Positions 20,541 to 30,586 of a stretch of 53,316 nucleotides of DNA are shown piece after piece. Source of the DNA: Erysipelotrichaceae bacterium (GTDB lineage Bacteria > Bacillota_I > Bacilli_A > RFN20 > CAG-826); contig JALFFX010000059.1 in assembly GCA_022777645.1 (NCBI GenBank), positions 1 through 53,316 on the forward strand, in the 5' to 3' direction. The notes below the pieces were generated by a model, which ran no database searches, was not told the origin of the DNA, and worked only from the letters and a program-made list of their open reading frames with translations. Each line of letters starts with the position of its first letter. Position 1 is the first letter of the stretch. The translations under genes and the position numbers were made by a program.

Positions 20541-20590
20541 AAAAAATAAAACCTCATCAATAACAACGAATAAAGATGAGGTTTTTTCTT
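20541..20590. terminator. Bidirectional terminator between ferredoxin and ribU
   Basis: aaaacctcatc...gatgaggtttt inverted repeat flanked by A and T runs. Confidence 0.7.
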
Positions 20591-20606
20591 TGCTGTTAAA
20601 TCGCGT

Positions 20607-21302
20607 TTATTGCAAATTATCGATGAGTTTATGCGACGACTTATAAATAAGAAATGTCGCTAAAATAACAATCGCGTCTTTAATCACATTAAACGGCAAT
20701 ACAGCGATTAATCCATATGTCCAACCAACATCGCTAATATTTGGATTGGCTAATTGGCAAATGAAAAGCAATTGTTCTGCACTCATTCCATACATAAACA
20801 TATAAAATGGAACCATAACATAAATGTTACCAATAACTGAAATTACAATTTGAATAAAAGAGCCAAGTAATAAGCCAAGTATCGCGCCTTTGATGTTGCG
20901 CATTTTTTTGTAAATAATCGCACTTGGTAAAACAAAAGCAGTGGAAAATAATAAATCAGATAATTCACCAACAAGCATTGTGCCGGTAAAAGGAAGTTTG
21001 ATAATGGTTTTTACTAAAATTGAGCCAAACGCTACTAAAGGTCCATAAGCAAATCCGGCAATAAATAATGGGATTTCATCGAAATGGAATTCAAAAAAAG
21101 ATGGGAATATAGGCACAGGAAATTTAAACAATGGAACAATATATAATATTGTTGATATGCCACCAAAAATGCCAATTCGTGTAATGGTTTTAACTAAATT
21201 GCTGCGTTTTGTTTTGATTTTGTTATCGCTATAAACTTTTATAAAAGCGGCAATAAATAAAAGCAAGACAACAATTTCAACAACTGAATAGAAAATATTC
21301 AT
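20607..21302 (-). CDS. ribU: ECF transporter S component, riboflavin (RibU-like)
   Basis: FPSFFEFHFDEIP, GPLVA, VGELSD, LPFNVIK; lies directly downstream of an FMN riboswitch. Confidence 0.88.
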   Translation of the reverse strand: MNIFYSVVEIVVLLLFIAAFIKVYSDNKIKTKRSNLVKTITRIGIFGGISTILYIVPLFKFPVPIFPSFFEFHFDEIPLFIAGFAYGPLVAFGSILVKTIIKLPFTGTMLVGELSDLLFSTAFVLPSAIIYKKMRNIKGAILGLLLGSFIQIVISVIGNIYVMVPFYMFMYGMSAEQLLFICQLANPNISDVGWTYGLIAVLPFNVIKDAIVILATFLIYKSSHKLIDNLQ

Positions 21303-21337
21303 AAAAAAATACCCTTCTATCAGGGCGAAAAACAATT

Positions 21338-21445
21338 GTTTCTTTCATCCAGACTTTACTGTCGCCTCTAGAATTTCACTAGATCAACCATTATATGGTT
21401 CGTGGGGTTTACCACCGGTCAGGAATTTCACCTTGCCCTGAAACT
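21338..21445 (-). promoter_or_regulatory. FMN riboswitch (RFN element)
   Basis: Minus strand TTCAGGGCAAGGTGAAATTCCTGACCGGTGGTAAACCCCACGA...GATCTAGTGAAATTCTAGAGGCGACAGTAAAGTCTGGATGAAAGAA matches the RFN consensus. Confidence 0.95.
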
Positions 21446-21452
21446 AAAAATA

Positions 21453-21481
21453 ATTATAAAGGGTTTTTTACAATAAGTGAA
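21453..21481 (-). promoter_or_regulatory. Promoter for the riboswitch-ribU transcript, inside the rsmG 3' end
   Basis: TTCACT, 17 nt, TATAAT; the -10 overlaps the rsmG stop codon. Confidence 0.6.
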
Positions 21482-22158
21482 TAATTTCTTGGGTATTTAT
21501 TTTTGCTTTTTTTATTTTTCTTAATAAGTAATATCGCTCTTTTATCAATATTGTTTGGCAAGACAAATTTATTGACACTTTCAAGACTGCAATCAAGAAT
21601 TTTAAGCGATGTTTTTGCACGAGCAATTTCTTCGTCAACATCATATTTTTTATACGCTAACAAGGCACCATTAACCTTGAGAAAAGGAATAGTTAATTCT
21701 AGTAAAATATTTAGTTCCACAACAGCGCGAGCAGAGGCAAAATCATAATATTCTCGATTTTTATTTTCTTCCGCGCGCTTATTAAATATTGATACATTAT
21801 CTAAAGATAATTTATTTTTTACTTCATTCAAAAATGATACTTTTTTAGCATTTGATTCATATAAATCAATTTTTAATTGTTTATTTAAAATCGCTAATGG
21901 AAGAGCAGGAAATCCAGCGCCAGATCCAATATCGAGCAAATGCTTATGTGAAAAATCAACAAAATTCATCACATATAAAGAATCGATGAAATGCTTATAT
22001 AAAACATCATTTTCTTCAAGAATTGTTGTTAAATTAAATTTTTCATTCCATTTCAAAAGAAGATCATAATAAATGTTAAATTTATTTAATGTGTCATCAT
22101 CAACATTTATATGAAGACTGTTTTCAATAAAGTTTTTCAAAATATCTAGATTTTTCAT
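21454..22158 (-). CDS. rsmG: 16S rRNA m7G527 methyltransferase
   Basis: WNEKFNLT, KHFIDS, LDIGSGAGFP, ARAV, KYPR. Confidence 0.95.
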   Translation of the reverse strand: MKNLDILKNFIENSLHINVDDDTLNKFNIYYDLLLKWNEKFNLTTILEENDVLYKHFIDSLYVMNFVDFSHKHLLDIGSGAGFPALPLAILNKQLKIDLYESNAKKVSFLNEVKNKLSLDNVSIFNKRAEENKNREYYDFASARAVVELNILLELTIPFLKVNGALLAYKKYDVDEEIARAKTSLKILDCSLESVNKFVLPNNIDKRAILLIKKNKKSKNKYPRNYSLIVKNPL

Positions 22159-24023
22159 TTATGTTTTTTAAGTTGCAAAATAAGAATCGAAATATCGCTA
22201 GGATTGACACCAGATATACGTCCGGCTTGACCGATTGTAAGCGGACGAATTTTATCTAATTTTTGGCGAGCTTCTAAAGCGATTTGATCCATTGAAAGAT
22301 AATCTATATCATGTGGCAATAAATAATTTTCATATTTTTCAAAAGATAACGCTTCTTCTTTTTCGCGTTTGATGTATCCATCATATTTAACTGATACTTC
22401 AAGTTGACTAACACCAATATAATCGAGTTCGATATCTTTTAAATCGTCGAGCAAATATTGCAAATGCTCATATTTAACATTTGGCCTTTTTAATAATTCA
22501 AGACCACTTACACCACAAGAAAGTGTTTCAAGATTTTGCGAAAGCAAATAATCATTTACTCTTTTACTTGAGCCCAAATAATTTTTCTTTAATATTTCTA
22601 TCGCTTTAGCGATATTTTCATTTTTCTTCAAGAATTTTTGATATCTTTCTTCACTTATCAAACCATATTTATAGCCATATGGAGTAAGGCGGATATCGGC
22701 GTTATCATGACGAAGAAGCAAACGGTATTCTGCTCTTGAAGATAATAAGCGATATGGCTCATTTGTCCCTTTTGTCACCAAATCATCGATCATAACACCA
22801 ATATAAGATTCATTTCTTTTTAAAATAAATGGTTCTTTGTTTAAAACATATAATGCGGCATTAATTCCGGCAACAATGCCAAGTCCGGCTGCTTCTTCAT
22901 ATCCTGATGTTCCACATATTTGTCCAGCACCATATAAACCTTTATATTTTTTAAGGGCAAGTGTTAAATCAAATTGAAGAGGATCAAAAGCGTCATATTC
23001 AATCGCATATGCATATTTTAAAAACTCGGCATTTTCAAGTCCTTGTAATGAATGAACCATCTTTTCTTGAATATCTTCGCTCATCGCCGTTGAAAAACCT
23101 TGTAAATAAATAGATTCTCCATCGAAAAATTCTGGTTCTAAAAATAATTGATGACGTAATTTATCTTTAAAAGTCATCACTTTGCTTTCAATCGATGGGC
23201 AATAACGAGGACCAACCCCACTTTGAAGACCATTGTATGTGGCGGTATTATCCAAATTACTGCGAATGATATTATGAGTATTTTCGTTTGTATAAATTAA
23301 ATAACATGGTAGTTGTTCAGAAAGAGGAATAAATTTATCAGTTTCAAAAGAAAAAGCATAATTTCCTTCCATTCCTGGTTGAATGCTTCCACATGAGAAA
23401 TCGATTGATGATTTTTTAATTCTTGGAGGTGTTCCGGTTTTAAATCTAATGATATCAAAACCCATTTTTTGTAAGCATTTTGATAAACCGCATGATGGTT
23501 TTTCACCATCTGGTCCACCACTATATTTATGATGACCACGCAATATCTCGCTTTCCATATATGTGCCAGTTGCAATGACAACTGCTTTAGCAAAAATATC
23601 GCCATTTTTAAAAGCTTTTACACCTTTAATAATATTACCTTCATATAATATTTCTTTAACTTCATCTTCGATGATTGATAAATTTTCTGTGTTATCTAAA
23701 ATATCTTGAATAAAAGATGGGTATAAATATTTATCTTCTTGAGCACGTAAACATTGAACACCAGGGCCTTTACCGGTGTTAAGCATTTTGATCTGAATAT
23801 ATTTTTTATCAGCAGCCTTGCCCATTATTCCCCCTAAAGCATCAACTTCACGGACAACAATTCCTTTTGCTGATCCACCAATTGAGGGATTGCAAGGCAT
23901 ATTTGAAATCATTTTTTTGTTAAGCGTAATCAAAAGTGTCTTCAAGCCCATAACACTTGAAGCATGACATGCCTCGACTCCAGCATGACCACCACCGATA
24001 ACGATAACATCAAAATTATCCAT
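22155..24023 (-). CDS. mnmG: tRNA uridine 5-carboxymethylaminomethyl modification enzyme
   Basis: GGGHAGVEA, MPCNPSIGG, RFKTGTPPR, GPRYCPSIE, AGQICGTSGYEEAA, SRAEYRL. Confidence 0.98.
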   Translation of the reverse strand: MDNFDVIVIGGGHAGVEACHASSVMGLKTLLITLNKKMISNMPCNPSIGGSAKGIVVREVDALGGIMGKAADKKYIQIKMLNTGKGPGVQCLRAQEDKYLYPSFIQDILDNTENLSIIEDEVKEILYEGNIIKGVKAFKNGDIFAKAVVIATGTYMESEILRGHHKYSGGPDGEKPSCGLSKCLQKMGFDIIRFKTGTPPRIKKSSIDFSCGSIQPGMEGNYAFSFETDKFIPLSEQLPCYLIYTNENTHNIIRSNLDNTATYNGLQSGVGPRYCPSIESKVMTFKDKLRHQLFLEPEFFDGESIYLQGFSTAMSEDIQEKMVHSLQGLENAEFLKYAYAIEYDAFDPLQFDLTLALKKYKGLYGAGQICGTSGYEEAAGLGIVAGINAALYVLNKEPFILKRNESYIGVMIDDLVTKGTNEPYRLLSSRAEYRLLLRHDNADIRLTPYGYKYGLISEERYQKFLKKNENIAKAIEILKKNYLGSSKRVNDYLLSQNLETLSCGVSGLELLKRPNVKYEHLQYLLDDLKDIELDYIGVSQLEVSVKYDGYIKREKEEALSFEKYENYLLPHDIDYLSMDQIALEARQKLDKIRPLTIGQAGRISGVNPSDISILILQLKKHK

Positions 24024-25429
24024 TAACCAATGCTCCCATCCATATCCATTTTGATAAGTTGATTTAACTCAACCGCATATTCCATTGGCAATTCTTTGGA
24101 AAATGGTTCAATAAATCCCATAATGATCATTTGAGTTGCGTCTTTACGCGAAATACCTCTGCTCATCAAATAAAATAATTGATCTTCATTGATTTTTGAA
24201 ACAGTGGCTTCATGTTCAATAAATGAGGTATTATTTCCGACTGCGTTTGTTGGAATTGTATCTGATTTAGAAATATCATCTAATATCAAAGTGTCACATT
24301 CGACATGTGATTTGCAATTATATGCATTTTTCATCATTCTGACCGTGCCGCGATAATTGGCAACACCACCATTTTTGACAATTGATTTTGAAATAATTGT
24401 TGATGATGTATTGCTCGCTAAGTGAATCATTCTTGCGCCAGCATCTTGATATTGATTTTTACCCGCAACAGCGATGGAAATACAATTTCCCCTCGCTCCT
24501 TCTCCTGCTAAAATACAAGCTGGATATTTCATATTTGTTTGACTGCCGATGTTACCATCGATCCAATCCATTTGTCCATTTTCTTTAACGAGTGCTCTTT
24601 TGGTGACTAAATTGACAATATTTGTCGACCAGTTTTGGACTGTTGAATAGCGACATTTTGCATCTTTTAAAACAACGATTTCAACCACGGCAGCATGTAA
24701 ACTATCTTTGCTATATATTGGAGCAGTACATCCTTCAACATAATGAAGGTCACTGCCTTCTTCACAGATAATTAATGTTCTTTCAAATTGACCACTTTTT
24801 TCGTTATTAATACGAAAATATGATTGCAAAGGTTTGTCTAATTTAACGCCTTTTGGAACATAAATAAACGAACCTCCAGACCAAACTGCTCCATTTAACG
24901 CTGCGAATTTATTATCGCGATATGGCACGACTGTATTGAAATATTTTTTGACAATTTCAGGACAAACTTGGACTGCTTGATCGGTTGATAAAAAGATAAC
25001 GCCTTTGTCTTCAACTTCTTTTAACATATTGTGATAAACAGCTTCACTTTCATATTGAGTTGTAACACCTGCTAAATATTTTTGTTCAGCTTCAGGAATA
25101 CCAAGTTTTTGGAAAGTATTTTTAATTGTTTCTGGAACTTCATTCCAGTCTTTTTCAACCTTTTTTGATGAACGTATAAAATATGTATATGATTGGAAAT
25201 CAAGACTTGATAAATCTGGTCCAAAAGAAGGCATATCCATTTCCATAAAAGCTTTATAAGCTTTAAGGCGGAATTCAAGCATCCATTCCGGTTCGTTTTT
25301 AAGACGTGATATTTCACGGACTACCGCTTCATTTAATCCTTTTCCAGTGTTGATTAAAGATACGTCTTCATCTTTGAATCCGTATTTATATTCTTCACCA
25401 ACACTTTTTTTAATATCTTTTTCTTCCAT
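24023..25429 (-). CDS. sufB: Fe-S cluster assembly protein SufB
   Basis: [49 protein letters not shown]. Confidence 0.97.
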   Translation of the reverse strand: MEEKDIKKSVGEEYKYGFKDEDVSLINTGKGLNEAVVREISRLKNEPEWMLEFRLKAYKAFMEMDMPSFGPDLSSLDFQSYTYFIRSSKKVEKDWNEVPETIKNTFQKLGIPEAEQKYLAGVTTQYESEAVYHNMLKEVEDKGVIFLSTDQAVQVCPEIVKKYFNTVVPYRDNKFAALNGAVWSGGSFIYVPKGVKLDKPLQSYFRINNEKSGQFERTLIICEEGSDLHYVEGCTAPIYSKDSLHAAVVEIVVLKDAKCRYSTVQNWSTNIVNLVTKRALVKENGQMDWIDGNIGSQTNMKYPACILAGEGARGNCISIAVAGKNQYQDAGARMIHLASNTSSTIISKSIVKNGGVANYRGTVRMMKNAYNCKSHVECDTLILDDISKSDTIPTNAVGNNTSFIEHEATVSKINEDQLFYLMSRGISRKDATQMIIMGFIEPFSKELPMEYAVELNQLIKMDMDGSIG

Positions 25430-25431
25430 AA

Positions 25432-25884
25432 TTATTTATGTTCCTTTGAACAAGAATGGATAATCTCTTCCATCCCGTCCCAGCCAATCGTCGCACATTT
25501 TATGCGGGCTGCCTGTTTTGATGTATTCATAAAAACAATTGCTTCATCAAGAACAGTATCATCATAATCTTCTTCATGAATCATATGTTTGTATTGATCG
25601 ATAATATATAATGCTTCATCAAATGATTTGCCAATTAGCAATTGACACATTATATCAGTGCTCGCAGTTGAAATCGTGCAAGCAACGCCATCAAAACAGC
25701 AATCAGAAACGACTCCATTATCATTTAAAAGATAAATAGTAATATCATCAATACAATTGCTGGAATTCATATTGATTGACTCATATTTTTCAATATTGCT
25801 TTCCGGTTTATGTTTAAAAGTTGGATTATCATAATGCTCCATAATAATTTGGCGCATCATTTGGGGACTAAGCGAAATAGGCAT
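25432..25884 (-). CDS. sufU: SUF system sulfur-transfer protein SufU
   Basis: EHYDNP, NCIDDI, GVACTIS, RIKCA; lies between sufS and sufB. Confidence 0.9.
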   Translation of the reverse strand: MPISLSPQMMRQIIMEHYDNPTFKHKPESNIEKYESINMNSSNCIDDITIYLLNDNGVVSDCCFDGVACTISTASTDIMCQLLIGKSFDEALYIIDQYKHMIHEEDYDDTVLDEAIVFMNTSKQAARIKCATIGWDGMEEIIHSCSKEHK

Positions 25885-27100
25885 CGAGGAAATTACCACC
25901 TTTCTTTAAAGCATCAACTAAAGCATCGATATCTTCTTTAGTTGTATAAAAATATATTGAAGCGCGACATGTCGCCACTTCATGAAGAAAACTCACCAAT
26001 ATTTTGGCGCAGTGTTGACCACTTCTAACCGCAATACCTTGAGAATTTAAATAAGTTGCTAAATCTTGGGCAAAAATGCCTTTGACATTAAATGTAACAA
26101 TGCCAGCTTCAGCATCTTCATTATAAATAATGATATCGGGAACTTCTTTCATTTTTTTAATCATATATGAGCGAAGTTCTCTTTCATAATTTTCAATATT
26201 TTTCATACCGATGTTATTTAAATATTCAACAGCGGCTTTGACCCCATAAATACCTTCAAGGTTTAATGTTCCGGCTTCAAATTTTGATGGTGGATTTACA
26301 TATTTTACATCACCGCACATATCAAATTTTGCGTTCATTCCACCGCCAGACATAAGTGGGTCGGTTTTATTTAAAAGTTCATATTTGCCATATAATATTC
26401 CAACCCCAGTTGGACCACACATTTTATGAGCAGAAAATGATAAGAAATCAATATCTAAATCTTTGACATCAATTTCCATGTGTGGCACAGATTGAGCGCC
26501 ATCGCAGACAACAATAACATTATGCTCATGGGCAATCCTAGCAATTTCTTTGACATCGATAAGGAAACCAAGGACATTTGTCACTTGGGCAATTGCAATA
26601 ATCTTTGTGTTCGGAGTAATTGCTTTTGAAACATTTTCTGGTGTTAATCGTCCACTTTTATCAAGAGGAATATACCCGATTTTAGCACCAGTAATCTCAT
26701 GAACTTTAAACCATGGAAGAACATTTGAAGCATGCTCTGCTTGAGTGATTAATATCTCATCGTTTTCATTTAAATATTTCGCGCCATAGCCATACGCAAT
26801 CAAATTGATTGACATGGAAGTTCCACTTGTGAAAACGACTTCGTTTTCCTCTGCGTTAATAAATTTAGCGACACTTTTTCTTGATTCTTCCACACGTGTG
26901 TCAACGTTGAAACATAAATCATAATCACCGCGATGAGAATTTGCAGTTTCATTCATCAAATAATTATTAACCGCTTCGATAACACAATCAGGTTTAAATG
27001 TTGTGGAAGCATTGTCTAAAAACACAAGATCATGTCCTTGCATTTTCTTGTTGTTTCTATACATTGGAAAATCTTTTCTAATCTTATATGGATCTATCAT
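25868..27100 (-). CDS. sufS: Cysteine desulfurase SufS
   Basis: LDNASTT, EHASN, DGAQ, SAHKMCGPTG, RSGQHCA; likely start is ATG 27100. Confidence 0.96.
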   Translation of the reverse strand: MIDPYKIRKDFPMYRNNKKMQGHDLVFLDNASTTFKPDCVIEAVNNYLMNETANSHRGDYDLCFNVDTRVEESRKSVAKFINAEENEVVFTSGTSMSINLIAYGYGAKYLNENDEILITQAEHASNVLPWFKVHEITGAKIGYIPLDKSGRLTPENVSKAITPNTKIIAIAQVTNVLGFLIDVKEIARIAHEHNVIVVCDGAQSVPHMEIDVKDLDIDFLSFSAHKMCGPTGVGILYGKYELLNKTDPLMSGGGMNAKFDMCGDVKYVNPPSKFEAGTLNLEGIYGVKAAVEYLNNIGMKNIENYERELRSYMIKKMKEVPDIIIYNEDAEAGIVTFNVKGIFAQDLATYLNSQGIAVRSGQHCAKILVSFLHEVATCRASIYFYTTKEDIDALVDALKKGGNFLDAYFA

Positions 27101-27101
27101 T

Positions 27102-27803
27102 TTACATAGCCTCCATAATTGCTTTTTCAATTCTTTCTTGAGCATCTGGTGAAAAATGTTTGCTAATTGGTTGCAAATAACCTAAAGTAATCAATTCTTT
27201 AGCTTTTTCTTTAGAAAGACCACGACTCATCAAATAGAACATATGGTTTTCATTGAGCTGTCCAACGACCGCAGAATGAGCAGCATTTACATCATTTTCA
27301 TCAATTTTCAAAATCGGTGATGCAACTCCGCTTGAAGATTTATCAAAAACAATGATTTTCGCAATTTGATTAGTTTTAGAACCTTTTGAACCTTTTTTAA
27401 TATAATTTATTCCTTTAAATACAAGGTTGGATTCATCTCGAGCGACGCCATAATTATCCATAATTGATTCACTATGACCGATGTGATGAATAAAGGAAAC
27501 ATCATATACTTTCTTATCATTATTAGAAGAAAGAGTAGCAAGCGACCATGAACAAAATGAATTCTCGCCATTGATATCAACAAGGGAATTAATTGAGACA
27601 TTTCCTTTGGAAAAATCAGCAAAAATAATATTTAATTTACAACCTTCTCCAACTGAGGCATGAAATGAAACATTTTTCTCAGGCAGTAAATTCAATATTT
27701 TTAAATCTAGAGATGAAAAATTATCCAATTTGATTTCCAAATCGGAAATATCATCTATTTCTAATTCTTTTATTTCGTTATTGAGAATGATTTCGTTTTT
27801 CAT
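27102..27803 (-). CDS. sufD: SufD-family protein (short)
   Basis: PILKIDENDVNAAHSAVVGQL...FYLMSRGL; position in the suf operon. Confidence 0.88.
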   Translation of the reverse strand: MKNEIILNNEIKELEIDDISDLEIKLDNFSSLDLKILNLLPEKNVSFHASVGEGCKLNIIFADFSKGNVSINSLVDINGENSFCSWSLATLSSNNDKKVYDVSFIHHIGHSESIMDNYGVARDESNLVFKGINYIKKGSKGSKTNQIAKIIVFDKSSSGVASPILKIDENDVNAAHSAVVGQLNENHMFYLMSRGLSKEKAKELITLGYLQPISKHFSPDAQERIEKAIMEAM

Positions 27804-27805
27804 TT

Positions 27806-28618
27806 TTATTTTGCCTTAAGCGCTTCTTTTGTGGCGCATGTTCCAAGGACTACTTGTCTTTCCTTTTCAATTTCGACGCCCAATTCTTTTTTGAGCCATT
27901 CGTATCCTTCTTTATCGATTTTTTCGATTAATGAGCGATCGCCTTCAGTGGCAATTTTGCCATTGACCAACACAATCGCACGATCAACATTGATCAAATC
28001 ATATAATCTTGCATAGTGAGAAACGATTAGGAAACCTTTGCCTTTTTCTTGTTCTTCTTTAATTACTTTTGACACAGTTTGGATCGCGTCAACATCAAGC
28101 CCAGAATCGATTTCATCGAGCATGGCAATTTTTGGATTCAAAACGAGCATTTGAAGAATTTCATTTTTCTTCTTTTCACCGCCTGAAAATCCTTCATTAA
28201 GATTTCTATTAGCCATCTCGAAAGGAATCTCAGTTCTCGCATATGCTTTATTCATTACACTATAAAAAATTGCAAGTGGGACCCTACGATTTTGATGAGC
28301 GTTTAAACTAGCTTTGAGAAAGTCACTATTATTGACTCCCGGTACTTCGCTTGGATATTGCATACCAAGGAATAAACCAAGTTTGGAACGTTCATCAACT
28401 TCTAAAGAAGTTATATCTTTACCATCAAAGATAATTTGTCCTTGGGTAACGACATAATTTGGGTTGCCCATAATCGTTTGAAGAAGGGTAGATTTTCCGT
28501 TTCCATTAGGACCAAGCAACGCGATTGTTTCGCTTGAATCTGCCACCAAATCAACACCTTTTAATATTTCTTTATCTTTAACACTTACGTGTAGGTTTTT
28601 TATTTCAAGAATAGCCAT
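27806..28618 (-). CDS. sufC: Fe-S assembly ATPase SufC
   Basis: GPNGNGKST, QYPSEVPGV, FSGGEKKKNE, LDEIDSGLDVDA. Confidence 0.96.
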   Translation of the reverse strand: MAILEIKNLHVSVKDKEILKGVDLVADSSETIALLGPNGNGKSTLLQTIMGNPNYVVTQGQIIFDGKDITSLEVDERSKLGLFLGMQYPSEVPGVNNSDFLKASLNAHQNRRVPLAIFYSVMNKAYARTEIPFEMANRNLNEGFSGGEKKKNEILQMLVLNPKIAMLDEIDSGLDVDAIQTVSKVIKEEQEKGKGFLIVSHYARLYDLINVDRAIVLVNGKIATEGDRSLIEKIDKEGYEWLKKELGVEIEKERQVVLGTCATKEALKAK

Positions 28619-28852
28619 ATTTTGTCTCTCCTAAATCTTAAATATTTTAGTAATTTCTATTATTCTATGCAAATGAAACGATAAAAAACTATTCAAAGAT
28701 TAATCTTTGACGTAAAATATGGTAGAACCGAATCAATCAGAAATCAATAGATTTATCTATTAATGATTTTCTAAAAGTGTATTGTATTTATACAAATCTT
28801 GTTGTAAAATACATTCGCTATGTTTGAAATAAGGAGGCAATAAAGGTTAGAT

Positions 28853-30586
28853 ATGAAAAAATCAAAAATGACCTTAAGTATTGCTCTTGGTGCAATTGCA
28901 TGTACTATCCTTGCTGGATGTGACAATGCTACCTATTCACCTGAGGGCTATATCTTAACCTATACGAACTCTGCCGGCGAAACAATGCGTTATACTGCTG
29001 AAGACTTATTCGGAAGCTATTATAACGACTCAGGCAAAGTATCGACAATGTTCGACAGTATTTATAAAGTCATCGTTCGCAACTACTTCACAAGCGAAAA
29101 TGCTGGCTATGCAAAATACTCAGAAATATTGAAAAATGCAAAAAATGATGTTGAAGGTGTTAAATCAACAGCTGAAAAGAACGCTGATACAAATTCAACA
29201 AGTTATGATGAAGAATGGGACGCTCTTCTCAAATCCAATAACTGTGATAATGAAGAAGAATTGCTCGAAAAATTCATCTATGACCGTGAATTGACAGAAT
29301 TCAATGATCAATTCTACGAAAAGAATACAGATTTCTTACGCGATGCTGTTCCATCAGCGGTAGCTACACAAGCAAATCCAACAAATTATGAAGGATACTT
29401 GTACACTAAAGCTCCATACCATGTTCGTCATATCTTAGTTAAAGTCAATGACAGTGGTTCAACAAATTATTGGAATTCCACCATCGATGAAAGCAACGCG
29501 ATTAAGTTATACGATGTCGCCAGCGCTCTTGCAAATGGCGGACAAACATTTGGTAAAATCGCCCAGCTCAACTCTGATGATTCATCAGCTTCAAGTTATG
29601 GTGATCTTGGCATAATGGATAAAGATACTGGATTTGTTAACGAATTCAAATTAGGTATCTACGCATACGAAAACATTTATAATAACATTACTAAAACAGC
29701 TGCTGCAGCAAGCGAAATCGCAATGAATAGCGAAATTGTTGCTGATTACAAAGCTGTTGGCGGAACAACAATTGCCAAAATTCCATATGGCGCATTCGTA
29801 AAATTATACGAAGTCAGAGATGTCACAAAAGATAACCAAAACCGTGATGTCAACGATGGCAACGCCAATTTCTATCCACGTAACGTTTACTTCAACAAAT
29901 ATTTGAATAAACATTATGTTGGTGTTATCACTCCAGAAGATGTCGAAGAAGGAAGCAATGATTATTCTTCATTAGCAGGCTTCAAAGATGTCGATGGTCT
30001 TGGCAAAGTATTATGCACAAGTGAAGGTCAACCAATCTTAGTTGTTCGTGCAGGTACAAGCGATTATCAAGGTATTCATTTCATTGTTATTGAACGTAGC
30101 CCACTTATTTCCGGCGAAGTCAAAGGAACAACTCTTTCTGAATATTACACAACAAAATATCCATCACAAGAAGGTTATCCAGTTGACAGCAATAACAATC
30201 CAAAACAAACATACGTTAACTTCCTCAACCAAGATGTTAAAGCTTATAAAGAAAGAGCAACAACAGTTGAGAATAAAATTAAAGGTTTTGATACCGACCT
30301 CAATAAATTTATTTATAGCAAATACGTCAGCGAAGAAAAAATCAAATTCAATGACGCAAAATTAGAAGAAGCTATCAATAATTGGATTGATGCCAGCAAA
30401 GTTAAAAAAGCATTCGATGCTGATATTTCATGGGAACAAACATGGGATTCGTACATCGAATCACTTAAGGTTCAAAACAACGAAAGATTAAAATTAATCC
30501 CAGAAGTCTGTGCTATCGGATTTAAAACACACACAGGTGCTGATTGGGCCGATGGAGGAGTTTGCTATGACAACAAGAACAGGTAA
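28853..30586 (+). CDS. Large lipoprotein with a parvulin (PpiC) PPIase domain, PrsA-like
   Basis: Lipobox ILAGC; VRHILVK, FGKIAQLNSDD, GDLG, FVNEF, GIHFI parvulin motifs separated by large insertions. Confidence 0.75.
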   Translation: MKKSKMTLSIALGAIACTILAGCDNATYSPEGYILTYTNSAGETMRYTAEDLFGSYYNDSGKVSTMFDSIYKVIVRNYFTSENAGYAKYSEILKNAKNDVEGVKSTAEKNADTNSTSYDEEWDALLKSNNCDNEEELLEKFIYDRELTEFNDQFYEKNTDFLRDAVPSAVATQANPTNYEGYLYTKAPYHVRHILVKVNDSGSTNYWNSTIDESNAIKLYDVASALANGGQTFGKIAQLNSDDSSASSYGDLGIMDKDTGFVNEFKLGIYAYENIYNNITKTAAAASEIAMNSEIVADYKAVGGTTIAKIPYGAFVKLYEVRDVTKDNQNRDVNDGNANFYPRNVYFNKYLNKHYVGVITPEDVEEGSNDYSSLAGFKDVDGLGKVLCTSEGQPILVVRAGTSDYQGIHFIVIERSPLISGEVKGTTLSEYYTTKYPSQEGYPVDSNNNPKQTYVNFLNQDVKAYKERATTVENKIKGFDTDLNKFIYSKYVSEEKIKFNDAKLEEAINNWIDASKVKKAFDADISWEQTWDSYIESLKVQNNERLKLIPEVCAIGFKTHTGADWADGGVCYDNKNR

